From a virus (taxonomy: Duplodnaviria > Caudoviricetes): a stretch of 55,326 nt of DNA. The notes below the pieces were generated by a model. That model saw only the letters and a program-made list of their open reading frames with translations. It ran no database searches and was not told the DNA's origin. Numbering within the stretch: the stretch's first letter is position 1; each line of letters begins with the position of its first letter. Both the position numbers and the translations under genes were made by a program. Shown here piece by piece: positions 10,216 through 19,395 of this stretch. The DNA lies in IMG/VR virus record IMGVR_UViG_3300037851_000330, positions 1-55,326 of that record; one strand, 5' to 3'.

Positions 10216-11019
10216 TTATGGTTGCCCAATTTTACCTGGAGGATTAAGTAAGAAGTCTCTCTTAACAAGAACCTGCATAGGTAAACGTCTTGCATTTTTT
10301 GAGCCATTTACCATCTCTTGCGTAACCCTTAATTCTCTTAATGTTTGTACTACGTTGTATACAGGATTAGCAAAGTATGAAACTGTAAATGTATCACCTG
10401 CTTCGCGAGCGTTATTGTAGCTAAGTTCTTTTCCAGCAACCCATTCAATGTTTCCATCCACTATGTTAAAATCAATGCCGGCTTCTAGTTCGCGCAATGT
10501 GCTTCCGTTTATGGCAGCCATATATTCTACTTGTGTAACTGGATATCTAAGTCGTTGCTGATTATTACTCGTTGGCTCATATTCCTTTAATTCCCATAAG
10601 CGAACTTCATAGTCTAAAACAACCAACTTATCATAAGTATTAAAATCTGCTTCTGTGCCATCATCGTAGTTAGTTGGAAGACTTACAATAGCAGTCCCAA
10701 TCTCCCATATACCTTGTCGCTCAAAAAGTTTCTCTAAAGAGTTACTCATGAACGTACCAGTTATTAACTTAGGCTCTCCATACTTCAACCATCCTGAATC
10801 GTCGCAGAACGGGCAATCAGGAGTATGTGAGTCATCATCGAGTCTATTCATGTTTGGACATGGAGTGACTTTATAGTGCATGAAGCGGATACCTCGATTT
10901 CTAAGTATCTGATCGTGATTGTCTCCGTTTAAAGCAGGATCAGGTATGTATATAGGCATCGGCGAAGGTGTGCTAGTTGGACTACTAGGAAGTGGCTGAT
11001 CTGGTTTTTTGATACTCAT
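10216..11019 (-). CDS. putative head closure/neck protein
   Basis: 267 aa with CP..CPFC motif, AAGGAG RBS, first gene of the minus-strand structural block; position-based. Confidence 0.45.
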   Translation of the reverse strand: MSIKKPDQPLPSSPTSTPSPMPIYIPDPALNGDNHDQILRNRGIRFMHYKVTPCPNMNRLDDDSHTPDCPFCDDSGWLKYGEPKLITGTFMSNSLEKLFERQGIWEIGTAIVSLPTNYDDGTEADFNTYDKLVVLDYEVRLWELKEYEPTSNNQQRLRYPVTQVEYMAAINGSTLRELEAGIDFNIVDGNIEWVAGKELSYNNAREAGDTFTVSYFANPVYNVVQTLRELRVTQEMVNGSKNARRLPMQVLVKRDFLLNPPGKIGQP

Positions 11020-11078
11020 GGACTTTTCTCCTTAAATAATTATACCATCTGTACAATTATATGAAATGAGGCCTTCCA

Positions 11079-11366
11079 TTGCAATATAATAAACATATGA
11101 GCATGGACCGAAACGAAATCCTTCAAAGGATAATAGATGAAGATGGAAGCTGTAGTTGGGGCAACAAGAAAATTTGTGCAAAGTGTCCACTCAGTAAACT
11201 CAAACAAAGACCAGATGGTAATTACTACTCTTGTGTCGAAGCAGTTGGTGTTGACAACATGACAGAAGAAGAAGCAGACGCAAGATATAAAGAGATAGCC
11301 AAAAGGCTGTTAGTTGATGAGGCTATCGATGAGCTATTAGAAGGTAAATCTGATGAAACTCTCTGA
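11079..11366 (+). CDS. Cys-cluster small protein (likely start 11097 or 11103)
   Basis: G.C....C.KCP motif shared with the next gene. Confidence 0.6.
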   Translation: MQYNKHMSMDRNEILQRIIDEDGSCSWGNKKICAKCPLSKLKQRPDGNYYSCVEAVGVDNMTEEEADARYKEIAKRLLVDEAIDELLEGKSDETL

Positions 11367-11598
11367 TAGTAATAAGCTAATTCTAGAAGAAATAGTCGTA
11401 TTAGAAGGCAACTGTCTTAAAAGAGAGCGTTGCGAAAAATGTCCGTTTAAAATGTCATGCCTACCAGAATTCTTAAATACCGCTCCAACTAAAAATCAAC
11501 GTCTCGAAATGGCTTTAGATTTGATAACCCGGGATATAATACTAGAAGATAGTGAGGATTCGCATCCGTTATGGTACACCGAAAAATCAAAATCTTAA
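11353..11598 (+). CDS. Cys-cluster small protein
   Basis: EGNC....CEKCPF...C, paralog-like to 11079. Confidence 0.6.
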   Translation: MKLSDSNKLILEEIVVLEGNCLKRERCEKCPFKMSCLPEFLNTAPTKNQRLEMALDLITRDIILEDSEDSHPLWYTEKSKS

Positions 11599-11777
11599 AT
11601 CATGAAATAGATATAGTAGAAGATGTTGCTATCACGGTTGATGCCGCTATAGCGACCATGTCTATGATAGAGTATTATAAAGCTTATATTGCAGCAGGAG
11701 AAGGTTATGGGCAACGGGATGAGCGATTATTGGAAACAGAGAATCATGGCAGAGAAGGAATCTATAGTAATAGATGA
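11571..11777 (+). CDS. hypothetical protein
   Basis: ORF with GAGG RBS; overlaps neighbours. Confidence 0.4.
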   Translation: MVHRKIKILNHEIDIVEDVAITVDAAIATMSMIEYYKAYIAAGEGYGQRDERLLETENHGREGIYSNR

Positions 11778-11985
11778 TTGTGCTGTCGCCGTAGCCAAGA
11801 TGCTAGGCTGCTACGAATCCTTCTTGAAAAATAAGAGTGTGTTTTCAAGTACAGCAACATTGATGACCTTACAAGCCCTCTTAAGCACTGCAGAAGATAT
11901 GCACGGAAGACCAGATACAATAATGGGTTCTTCAGATTTCATTAAAACATTAACCAGAATATGCAGCAAAAATGAACAGCAGTAA
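11689..11985 (+). CDS. hypothetical protein
   Basis: ORF in coupled run; start uncertain. Confidence 0.5.
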   Translation: MQQEKVMGNGMSDYWKQRIMAEKESIVIDDCAVAVAKMLGCYESFLKNKSVFSSTATLMTLQALLSTAEDMHGRPDTIMGSSDFIKTLTRICSKNEQQ

Positions 11986-12202
11986 CATAAGAGACGCTTT
12001 AGACTGTACCAACGATGTTCATCTAGATAGCTCTTTCGCAGGTCTGTTTTATATCGTTAGTAGAATATACGCTGTACCAGAAGAAAAACTTCCTGCAAAA
12101 GCAAAGGTTGTTCTTGTCGATACAGCTTACGCTCTGTTTAGTATAGGTCTTCTTAAGTATGTCAAGAAACCAGAAGATGTAGACTTCTTTAAGCTACTCT
12201 AA
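11972..12202 (+). CDS. hypothetical protein
   Basis: ORF followed by hairpin GCCCCT-GAA-AGGGGC. Confidence 0.55.
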   Translation: MNSSNIRDALDCTNDVHLDSSFAGLFYIVSRIYAVPEEKLPAKAKVVLVDTAYALFSIGLLKYVKKPEDVDFFKLL

Positions 12203-12267
12203 ATACTCTACGTGTGCCCCTGAAAGGGGCCCGGGGCTTGCGAGTCGATTTCTAAGTGGGGTTGTAA

Positions 12268-12675
12268 GTGACGCTAGAACAATACTACGACAAAACAAAA
12301 TTCGAACAGCTGCAAGCTTGGCAAGCTATATGTGGTGCTGCAGACGCAGTTGACCGCATGGGTTTCATATCTAGAACAGAAATGGATTTAGTATATGGCT
12401 ACCTTCTAGATCTTGAACCATGGATAGAGTGGTATCCAGAATATGATTCCTACTATGATCAATACAATAAGTACGAAGATGGGTACTACTACTGGGACTG
12501 GCTCGACTCTGAGCACAATGATATCTGCGCCCATTACGAGAGAAGAGATAAAGCGCGCAACCGCCACTACATAAACGTAAAGTGCAAGCGCGACGCTGGC
12601 CTCACCTCATACAAGAACAAAAACTATAAGTTTAAAAACATCGGTACCCACAAGGGCAAAGGCCAGTACTACTAA
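12268..12675 (+). CDS. hypothetical Tyr/Asp-rich protein
   Basis: 135 aa ORF, GTG start after GGGG RBS. Confidence 0.55.
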   Translation: MTLEQYYDKTKFEQLQAWQAICGAADAVDRMGFISRTEMDLVYGYLLDLEPWIEWYPEYDSYYDQYNKYEDGYYYWDWLDSEHNDICAHYERRDKARNRHYINVKCKRDAGLTSYKNKNYKFKNIGTHKGKGQYY

Positions 12676-12986
12676 TCTACCGGGTCGCTCTCCACATTGA
12701 CTTCCTGAGTGCCGAACGGTCTCCACCGTATGGTCATTATGTATTCTTGCTCGCTGGCATCCAGATGGTGCATGTCCAAGAACTTGAAATAGGGCGTGCA
12801 GTATACGCTCTCAACCTCACCTATCTGCATCACCTGGCAAACCGCTATGAAAGCATCTTTTATTGTCGTGGCCTCTTGCGGGGTCGAAACTTGAATCTTA
12901 ACCGTGTGTGAGGAAGGGGACGGGTAGATGTTTATGTATGTGGGCCATAGGTTGCTGGTGAAGCTCTTACGGGTATAGATGCTCAT
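12672..12986 (-). CDS. hypothetical protein
   Basis: 104 aa, ATGA-coupled to 12983..13276. Confidence 0.5.
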   Translation of the reverse strand: MSIYTRKSFTSNLWPTYINIYPSPSSHTVKIQVSTPQEATTIKDAFIAVCQVMQIGEVESVYCTPYFKFLDMHHLDASEQEYIMTIRWRPFGTQEVNVESDPVD

Positions 12987-13276
12987 GGCGTTTTACCTCG
13001 GCCGCTCTGAATATGTATGTGGCCGGTGTTGCCTCCGCCAAGCGAGTTACCCGTTCGGATGGTAACGAAGCCGGTGTTTGATATGTGCTTGCGGATTGGG
13101 ATGTGGATGATGTTGAGATGTGTGATGTTGGGGCCATATTGGATGTCTTCAGGAATCTCAAGTTGGAAAGTATCGTTAGTGAAGCCCATGTTATATAAAG
13201 CGTATATAGCGTCAGCGATGTGTTGGGTTTCATCTTGTGTTAACGGTTTAGGAAACATGATTGTGTGATGTTGCAT
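12983..13276 (-). CDS. hypothetical protein
   Basis: 97 aa ORF leading away from the divergent junction. Confidence 0.45.
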   Translation of the reverse strand: MQHHTIMFPKPLTQDETQHIADAIYALYNMGFTNDTFQLEIPEDIQYGPNITHLNIIHIPIRKHISNTGFVTIRTGNSLGGGNTGHIHIQSGRGKTP

Positions 13277-13607
13277 TTTTATATTGTACTAAAAGGGGTT
13301 CCCTAGTAAGTACCGGTACAGTTGTGCCTAATAGGTGGGGAAGGGTACGGGCTAGTGATGGGGTGGGGGCCAAATATTTAAAAGTGCTCGTATACAGAGA
13401 ATTCGCGCCGGGGGTACCGCTACCGATTCGTGGGTTCCCTTTTTGCTCCGTGGCCAGCGGGTACCGATTCGATACCTTATCACTACGATACACGATGGGA
13501 GTTGTTATGGAAATGGTATTTTATATCATTATTGGACTATCTACGTTTACTGTTTGGTTTGTACACTGGTTTGACTGATTCGATTATTAAATATAACGGA
13601 GGACAAA

Positions 13608-13838
13608 TTGAACTTATTTAAAAAAGTTTTACCACAGAACAATGGCACTGGCAACGTTAGTCTAACCTACGAAGAATGGGACAAGGTCTTCAGTGGAGAG
13701 ATCATCTATCTCACTGTGACCCACGATACGGAACATAGACGTAGAAGAGTAACCGTAGAGATAACGGACAACATGCTCAACTCTGCTTGGGTTTGTGCTT
13801 GGAGAGGTTGCGTAATAATGGCTTACGCGACTCCTTAA
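13608..13838 (+). CDS. hypothetical protein
   Basis: GGAGG RBS, TTG start, promoter motif at 13574. Confidence 0.6.
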   Translation: MNLFKKVLPQNNGTGNVSLTYEEWDKVFSGEIIYLTVTHDTEHRRRRVTVEITDNMLNSAWVCAWRGCVIMAYATP

Positions 13839-13904
13839 TATGCTTAAGTTATTTAAATCATTCTGGCTTTTACTGAAACGAAGCCAGATCAACAAAGGAG
13901 AGAT

Positions 13905-14111
13905 ATGCCAAGAGCAATCAAATTACCAAAGGGTTCGCGTCCACTCGGACCGTTACCACAACCAAAGAACCTCGTCCGTGCGGACTTCCACAAGAAGACG
14001 TGGATGCCAAGCGACGAATGGTTCGCGCGACAGGTCGTCCAACTCCCGCCACAACCCATACGTGGGTTAGTGATACACGTGGACTTCGTATCACGTAAGC
14101 GAGTTGCTTAG
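13905..14111 (+). CDS. hypothetical basic Pro-rich protein
   Basis: AAGGAG RBS; C-terminal VIHVDFVSRKRVA. Confidence 0.6.
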   Translation: MPRAIKLPKGSRPLGPLPQPKNLVRADFHKKTWMPSDEWFARQVVQLPPQPIRGLVIHVDFVSRKRVA

Positions 14112-14164
14112 AGTTTAAGGGGAACGGCTCATGGATGAGCTGGGTGCAGTGGGCTATATGCCTA

Positions 14165-14180
14165 CTGACACTGCTACGCC
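14165..14180 (+). repeat. 16-mer CTGACACTGCTACGCC, copy 1
   Basis: Exact copies at 14165, 15165, 15448, 27036. Confidence 0.9.
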
Positions 14181-14340
14181 GATGCCTCATTATGATGCAC
14201 GGCTCAACCGAATCGATAGTTAATCACGACGATAATGAATGTGAGTTGAATGGTTCTTTGACAACTGAATAGTTTGTAAGTTTAACTGAAACGAATAATA
14301 AACATGAGCAATGACGCTCATGATAACAAAAGGAGAAACT

Positions 14341-14859
14341 ATGAACAAATTAACACAACGTGCCGCTGTCTACAACGCTACTAAACAAGTGTTTGAGGAC
14401 GCAGGTCACGACTTCGAAGACGGTATGAACGTTGATGCGACCATCAGCGACAGCATGCGCAAGTCTATCATCGACATCGTGTGCGCCGGTTTCGCTAAAG
14501 GTGAAGTCGAGTTGAAAGACACGCCGTCTAACCGCGAAAAGCTCTCTAACCCAACTAAGTTGCGTGGGTATGTAGGTGGTCTTGTGAGCAACTGGTTTCG
14601 CAAAGACGAACGTCTTAACGGTGACACAAAGTATCAGATCAAAAATCCGGGTTCACGTGCAGGATCGACTGATCCTCAGCTGAAAGCGTTGCGTGCCTTA
14701 GCACAACAGTTCAAAGGCACACCGAAAGAGGCGATCATCAAGTCTCAAATCGAAGCACGCACGACTGCAATCCAAGCTGAGAAAGCGAGCAAAGTGACAG
14801 TCGACATCAGCGCCTTACCGCCTGAGCTTGTTGAGCAACTTGGTCTGAACAAACAGTAA
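14341..14859 (+). CDS. conserved phage protein, paralog family A (copy 1)
   Basis: AAAGGAG RBS; clearly homologous to 24656..25165 and 46517..47026. Confidence 0.8.
   Translation: MNKLTQRAAVYNATKQVFEDAGHDFEDGMNVDATISDSMRKSIIDIVCAGFAKGEVELKDTPSNREKLSNPTKLRGYVGGLVSNWFRKDERLNGDTKYQIKNPGSRAGSTDPQLKALRALAQQFKGTPKEAIIKSQIEARTTAIQAEKASKVTVDISALPPELVEQLGLNKQ
14587..14666 (+). repeat. 80-nt exact direct repeat (second copy 24893..24972)
   Basis: AGCAACTGGTTTCGCAAAGAC...TCACGTGCAGGATC identical in both paralogs. Confidence 0.9.
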
Positions 14860-14869
14860 TGTTGAAATC

Positions 14870-14893
14870 GGTGGGGTTAGCAATGACCCCACC
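14870..14893 (+). terminator. hairpin/terminator after family A copy 1
   Basis: GGTGGGGTTA-GCAA-TGACCCCACC, weak U tract. Confidence 0.55.
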
Positions 14894-14917
14894 TCTTGAA
14901 CATTATAAGGGAGGAAT

Positions 14918-15154
14918 ATGAGTCATTACTGTGATTGTGAGCATTGCACTATAACCAAAGCGAACAAGCGAAAAGACGCGGTCAAAGCTAAGATCTTAAA
15001 AGAAGTGGACAACCATCCTATCTGCATAGCTTTGTATGTCCTACTGTGGTCTAACACTTGGAGCAAAACTGAATCGAACAAGATAAGAGATGAGATCATA
15101 ACTTACAGGAAGAAACATGGTCTGATCCCAGCTAAGAAGAACATCAGTCAGTAG
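14918..15154 (+). CDS. hypothetical protein
   Basis: GGGAGG RBS; N-terminal CDCEHC. Confidence 0.6.
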   Translation: MSHYCDCEHCTITKANKRKDAVKAKILKEVDNHPICIALYVLLWSNTWSKTESNKIRDEIITYRKKHGLIPAKKNISQ

Positions 15155-15164
15155 GCCCCACCTA

Positions 15165-15180
15165 CTGACACTGCTACGCC
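15165..15180 (+). repeat. 16-mer CTGACACTGCTACGCC, copy 2
   Basis: Exact repeat; preceded by hairpin GTCAGTAGG/CCTACTGAC. Confidence 0.9.
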
Positions 15181-15210
15181 TACACTACCCACTCATACCG
15201 AATCGATGAT

Positions 15211-15435
15211 TACACATCACCACACGGTGATACTACGGAACTCCCTAAAGAGTTGTCCGGTGGATAGGAGTGTACACCTAAAATGTCTCCCAGGAAGTAA
15301 GTTCCTAAAACAAACAAGGCGGAACCAGTCCGCAGGTGGAATACCAACCCACCATTGAATCCTACAACTAAATAGGGGCGACCGACCAGACGTGGGCGAG
15401 TCATTAAGGGAATAGCTAAAACTATTCCCTTTCTC
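15211..15435 (+). ncRNA. candidate multi-hairpin non-coding RNA
   Basis: Follows promoter motif at 15197; at least 7 consecutive hairpins, four with CTAAA-containing loops; no credible ORF. Confidence 0.55.
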
Positions 15436-15447
15436 ATTTCCTAAACA

Positions 15448-15463
15448 CTGACACTGCTACGCC
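15448..15463 (+). repeat. 16-mer CTGACACTGCTACGCC, copy 3
   Basis: Exact repeat. Confidence 0.9.
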
Positions 15464-15543
15464 CTAGGGACTAGGGGACACGCACACTATACCGAATCGA
15501 TCTATACTATTGGCCAATCGCGTGGCCACATATAGACCACGAC

Positions 15544-15615
15544 GTGAGCCGAATCGTAAGCTCGAGTGTGAGCGGTTTGATAAGTCAAAGCGTGAGCCAT
15601 AATGTGAGCCGAGCC
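15544..15615 (+). repeat. 12-bp-periodic RTRAGY iteron-like array (6 units)
   Basis: GTGAGC/GTAAGC/GTGAGC/ATAAGT/GTGAGC/GTGAGC at 15544, 15556, 15568, 15580, 15592, 15604. Confidence 0.7.
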
Positions 15616-15881
15616 ACACCCCCACCCTTTCGCACACATTTGGGCTTGTGGAAACATGTGATTTCAATGGCTTACACCACTTACCACACTCAAAACACGA
15701 GTGATTCACGGTGAGGCACTAGAGGTGCTTTGGTGGGGTTTGATGGGGTCTGGAAGAGTATAGATAGAGATATGCCTAGGTATATGTCTATTGCGCTTAG
15801 GTATAGCCTCTATTTAGTGATTCTCCCTCTCCCCTTATGCTGTACTGAATCGACATGTTTGTTGAATAGGAGGGATTCTAT

Positions 15882-16157
15882 ATGATTAGTAAACAACTTA
15901 GTAATTTGTCTGTTTTGTCGAATTGCTTCTTGTATGAAGGAAAAGTATACGAGAGGTTATTTAAAGACGCTGATGATAGAGCGAGATTAAGGAAGAAGTA
16001 TCCTAAGTATGGCTTCAAGCATAAGTATCGATTTTTTATGAGCAGCGATGACTATGACTACGTAACAGATAAGAAGCTTGTTCGTAAGCTGAATAAGTTT
16101 ATGCAAGACGAGAGTAAGTGGCTCAAAACATATGTGAAATGGCTTCAACATGGGTAG
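15882..16157 (+). CDS. hypothetical protein
   Basis: AGGAGG RBS, promoter motif at 15844. Confidence 0.65.
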   Translation: MISKQLSNLSVLSNCFLYEGKVYERLFKDADDRARLRKKYPKYGFKHKYRFFMSSDDYDYVTDKKLVRKLNKFMQDESKWLKTYVKWLQHG

Positions 16158-16413
16158 TAGTAGCATCATGAATACATGCTTTTATTGTAAGGCGCAATGG
16201 GGTAAGTGTAAGTGCACAGAGGGTGATGAAGTGCTATTTGTAAGTTGGAGCGGAACCAATATCACCAATCCTGGGGTCTCTGAGTGTGGTCGCTTCTATG
16301 TTAACCCTTTACATCACTACGGAACAAAATTCACTGAATGGTTGTCTTATTGTGTGCACTCTGGTAATAAGCATAAATTTGCTCAACCTTTTATTGAAAG
16401 GAGATTCTTATGA
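16150..16413 (+). CDS. hypothetical Cys-rich protein
   Basis: Coupled ORF. Confidence 0.55.
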   Translation: MGSSSIMNTCFYCKAQWGKCKCTEGDEVLFVSWSGTNITNPGVSECGRFYVNPLHHYGTKFTEWLSYCVHSGNKHKFAQPFIERRFL

Positions 16414-16958
16414 TATCGAAGGATTGGACTTTAAATTTTGAGGTTAATGGGTTAAAGGTGAAAGCTCATATTCCACCATATGTCTGGATGTATAGGCAAG
16501 GTGCTATTGAAGAGGTCTGCGTGGTGGATGAGAGAGGCTGTGAGTTGCGAGTTAATACTAAACTAAACATGAACACTAACGATCCGGCTGAACTTGAGGC
16601 ATTGGTTTCTGCTCATACCTATCCTACAAGTGTATGTAAGACATGTAATAGTCCTATGCTTGCACATAGCAGCCACTATCGTACTCCTAATGAGTGCGAG
16701 ACTTGCTGTAAAGAACGCATAAGTGCAGAGTTTAATAAACTAAATGAAAGAGAGCGCTTCAAAGATAAAGTAAGAGATACAGCACATAAAGCTCAAGGTT
16801 ATAAGTTTAAGGCAATAATGAATGTGCATCCTGTTAGTGGTGATGATTTTCAACTCGTTCAATACTCATTTGAGAAACCATCACATAAAGACATAAAAGC
16901 TGTACTTATTGACAACAAATCTACTGTGTTCGATGACTATCGAATAGATGTTTTATAG
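16410..16958 (+). CDS. hypothetical protein with zinc-finger-like CxxC pairs
   Basis: AAGGAG RBS; CKTC...CETCC. Confidence 0.65.
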   Translation: MISKDWTLNFEVNGLKVKAHIPPYVWMYRQGAIEEVCVVDERGCELRVNTKLNMNTNDPAELEALVSAHTYPTSVCKTCNSPMLAHSSHYRTPNECETCCKERISAEFNKLNERERFKDKVRDTAHKAQGYKFKAIMNVHPVSGDDFQLVQYSFEKPSHKDIKAVLIDNKSTVFDDYRIDVL

Positions 16959-16966
16959 GAGGAAAC

Positions 16967-17467
16967 ATGAATTCAAGCATAAATCAAGATCTTAGAAAAC
17001 TTATAGTTGAACAAATGGCTAAATTTGAAGCAGATTTAAGTAGCGATACTCCTTGGAAAGAATGGTATCGTGATAATCACATGAGATTCACCAACATGAC
17101 TGATAAAGAGCTCATCGAGCACGCTGACCTGCATTTTGTCGGCAATATAGCTGACGAGTTTGATAAAAAAATCGAAGAAGCAAAAGTTGAAATGGCTTTT
17201 GAGGAAGTAGTTCTTAACGCTAAACCGCCTATGTCAAGAGATGAGGCGATGGCTGTGTTAGGGTTCTTCATTGGTCGCATTGGTGGAGGTTATCACACAG
17301 ATAATCAGCTAAAGGACTATATAAATGGTGCCACGCGCCTACCCACATTCTCCAAAGATGAACTTGATAGATACCAGCCATTACATGATGAGATGTTTAA
17401 GGTGTTAGGTAACGATTCTTATGTTATGGGTTTGACGATATTTGATAAGGCATTAGGTATCAAATGA
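16967..17467 (+). CDS. hypothetical protein (N-terminal part resembles 37242 and 23394)
   Basis: AGGAGG RBS; TDKELI motif, internal FEEVVL. Confidence 0.65.
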   Translation: MNSSINQDLRKLIVEQMAKFEADLSSDTPWKEWYRDNHMRFTNMTDKELIEHADLHFVGNIADEFDKKIEEAKVEMAFEEVVLNAKPPMSRDEAMAVLGFFIGRIGGGYHTDNQLKDYINGATRLPTFSKDELDRYQPLHDEMFKVLGNDSYVMGLTIFDKALGIK

Positions 17468-17895
17468 GAACAACATCAAAAGAATTAGATAGATTAGCTC
17501 GTAATTTTAGAAAAGCGATGGCTATCGAAGCTAAGAATAGAATGAAGTGCAAAAAGCACAAAAAGGGTAATAAGGTCTTATCAGAGAGATGTCCATGGGT
17601 TAGATACAAAGATCTTCCTAAAGAACTTAAAAATAAGCCTATTGGCAAGATTTTTAAGAATAAAGATGGCTTTGATACTAAGATTACAGTGTTTCATTGG
17701 TGTAACGAATGTGAACACCATGTTGGTAGTTTAAAGAAATGTCAATCGTGTGGCAATAAGGATTTAATAAAGGTTTATGACTGGCATACATGTCGTTATT
17801 ATGCAAACAGTTGTCCAGTAAATCGCTGGGGTTGTTCTATTCATTACAGAACTGTATCGTGTCCACCAACATGCACATGCGATAGGTGTTATTAG
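17464..17895 (+). CDS. hypothetical Cys-rich zinc-binding protein
   Basis: Multiple CxxC motifs. Confidence 0.6.
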   Translation: MRTTSKELDRLARNFRKAMAIEAKNRMKCKKHKKGNKVLSERCPWVRYKDLPKELKNKPIGKIFKNKDGFDTKITVFHWCNECEHHVGSLKKCQSCGNKDLIKVYDWHTCRYYANSCPVNRWGCSIHYRTVSCPPTCTCDRCY

Positions 17896-17903
17896 GAGTA
17901 ATT

Positions 17904-18194
17904 GTGGCAAAAATAGATGACCATGAACAATATAATGACACATTAAATGCAGCAATAGATAAACTAAGAGCTGAAGAGAATTTTGAACCATACGCATTAG
18001 AGAATTGCTGCGAAGATGGTGGATGGAGCTACGATACTTGTATCAGAGTGTTGAATTGCTTAAGTATAGAAGAAACAATGAATGTGTACGACTTCGTATT
18101 TAACGATGAAATGCATTTCACTGATGAATGGCGAAAAGCATTAAAAGACACGATTGATCACTATCATGTTGAAAAAGCTATCTTTGGGGAGTAA
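17904..18194 (+). CDS. hypothetical protein with C-terminal tag
   Basis: GTG start after AGGAG; ends VEKAIFGE. Confidence 0.65.
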   Translation: MAKIDDHEQYNDTLNAAIDKLRAEENFEPYALENCCEDGGWSYDTCIRVLNCLSIEETMNVYDFVFNDEMHFTDEWRKALKDTIDHYHVEKAIFGE

Positions 18195-18196
18195 TT

Positions 18197-18412
18197 ATGA
18201 AGCATAAAATAGTTATAGAGTTTGAAACAGATGACATTTTAAACGCAGATCAACAAAACACTATCGAATTGATGGCTAATGATGCATTCGTACAGCTTGA
18301 AACATTAAACGAAGTTGAATATGATAGCAGAGTTTCATTTAAGAACGCTAAATATACATACTCTAATGATCTTGAAGAAAAGGTCGATAAGGTCATATTG
18401 GAGGAAGAATGA
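18197..18412 (+). CDS. hypothetical protein with C-terminal tag
   Basis: Ends VDKVILEEE. Confidence 0.65.
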   Translation: MKHKIVIEFETDDILNADQQNTIELMANDAFVQLETLNEVEYDSRVSFKNAKYTYSNDLEEKVDKVILEEE

Positions 18413-18677
18413 TATTTGCTTTATTGTTATCTATTTTTGCTCTTGCTGTGGTATCAGAAATAGTGCTTCAAAAATGGGGCATGAATGCACACTTATTATC
18501 AATAGGTGTTTCAGTTTTTATCTTATATCTTATTCTTTTAAGCTATAGGAACTAATATGAAGAAAATAACTAAAGCTTATTTAAAAAGAGAAATTGCTAA
18601 GATTAAAAAAGCTCTAACATTTGCTGAAAAACCAAAACAGAAACCGATTCGACATAAACAAACGAAGAGGGACAAAT

Positions 18678-18830
18678 ATGTATCAACTTAAAAATAGCAC
18701 TATTATTAAAGCTCATAATGAACACGCAAAATCGCAAAGAAAAGAGCTAATATATACAGTGCTTTCTGTTGTTGGAACTCTCGCATTGGTTTTTGCTGCA
18801 ATAAATGTATTTGTAGGTGTGTTGCAATGA
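18678..18830 (+). CDS. small membrane protein
   Basis: GAGG RBS, promoter motif at 18643, C-terminal hydrophobic helix. Confidence 0.55.
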   Translation: MYQLKNSTIIKAHNEHAKSQRKELIYTVLSVVGTLALVFAAINVFVGVLQ

Positions 18831-19360
18831 AATATCCCTTATTTGTAAAAGGTAAAATTACAAATGACGTTTTTGTGAGAGGTTTCACTCATCCTCAAGG
18901 TATATACGCTCAATATTGGCATTTTGATAAGTTGCACATGTATATCAATCCAGTTACACTTGAATATAAAGAAACTAAACTTTCTTTTGAATGTTTAAGA
19001 CAATTAACTTATTTATTAACATTTAAGACCTTAAAAGAAGGTCGGAGGCTTTATGAGTTTATTAAAACAGTTTGCTGGCCAATTGTTGTGGATACTTTCT
19101 TTAAGTATCGTTCAAGGTTTTATCATTTTCTTCGTGTGCTTTTATTTAGCATTCTTAATTTCATCTGGTGGCTAATTCCGCCTTTCTTAAAGAGATATAG
19201 AAAGAACATATGGTGTGGTAGGCATCAACATGTATTCTTTTGCATCTCTTACATTAAGGATTTTAGAGCTAATGCTGTATATCTAGTGTTATTTGGTTAT
19301 GAGTTTTGGATAGGTGAACAAAGACCTACATTTCTCAACAAAAAACAAAATAACGATTAA
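18827..19360 (+). CDS. hypothetical protein
   Basis: 177 aa coupled ORF. Confidence 0.55.
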   Translation: MKYPLFVKGKITNDVFVRGFTHPQGIYAQYWHFDKLHMYINPVTLEYKETKLSFECLRQLTYLLTFKTLKEGRRLYEFIKTVCWPIVVDTFFKYRSRFYHFLRVLLFSILNFIWWLIPPFLKRYRKNIWCGRHQHVFFCISYIKDFRANAVYLVLFGYEFWIGEQRPTFLNKKQNND

Positions 19361-19395
19361 CTTTAACGTAATCGATATTTACACATGGAGGAAGT

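Noticed and set aside
15211-15435. c-di-GMP-I riboswitch (CCUAAA) or coding by minus ORF 15210..15437
   Set aside because: No GYAAAC..GAAA..GACGCAAAG P1 module; the minus ORF has no RBS or promoter and opposes local transcription
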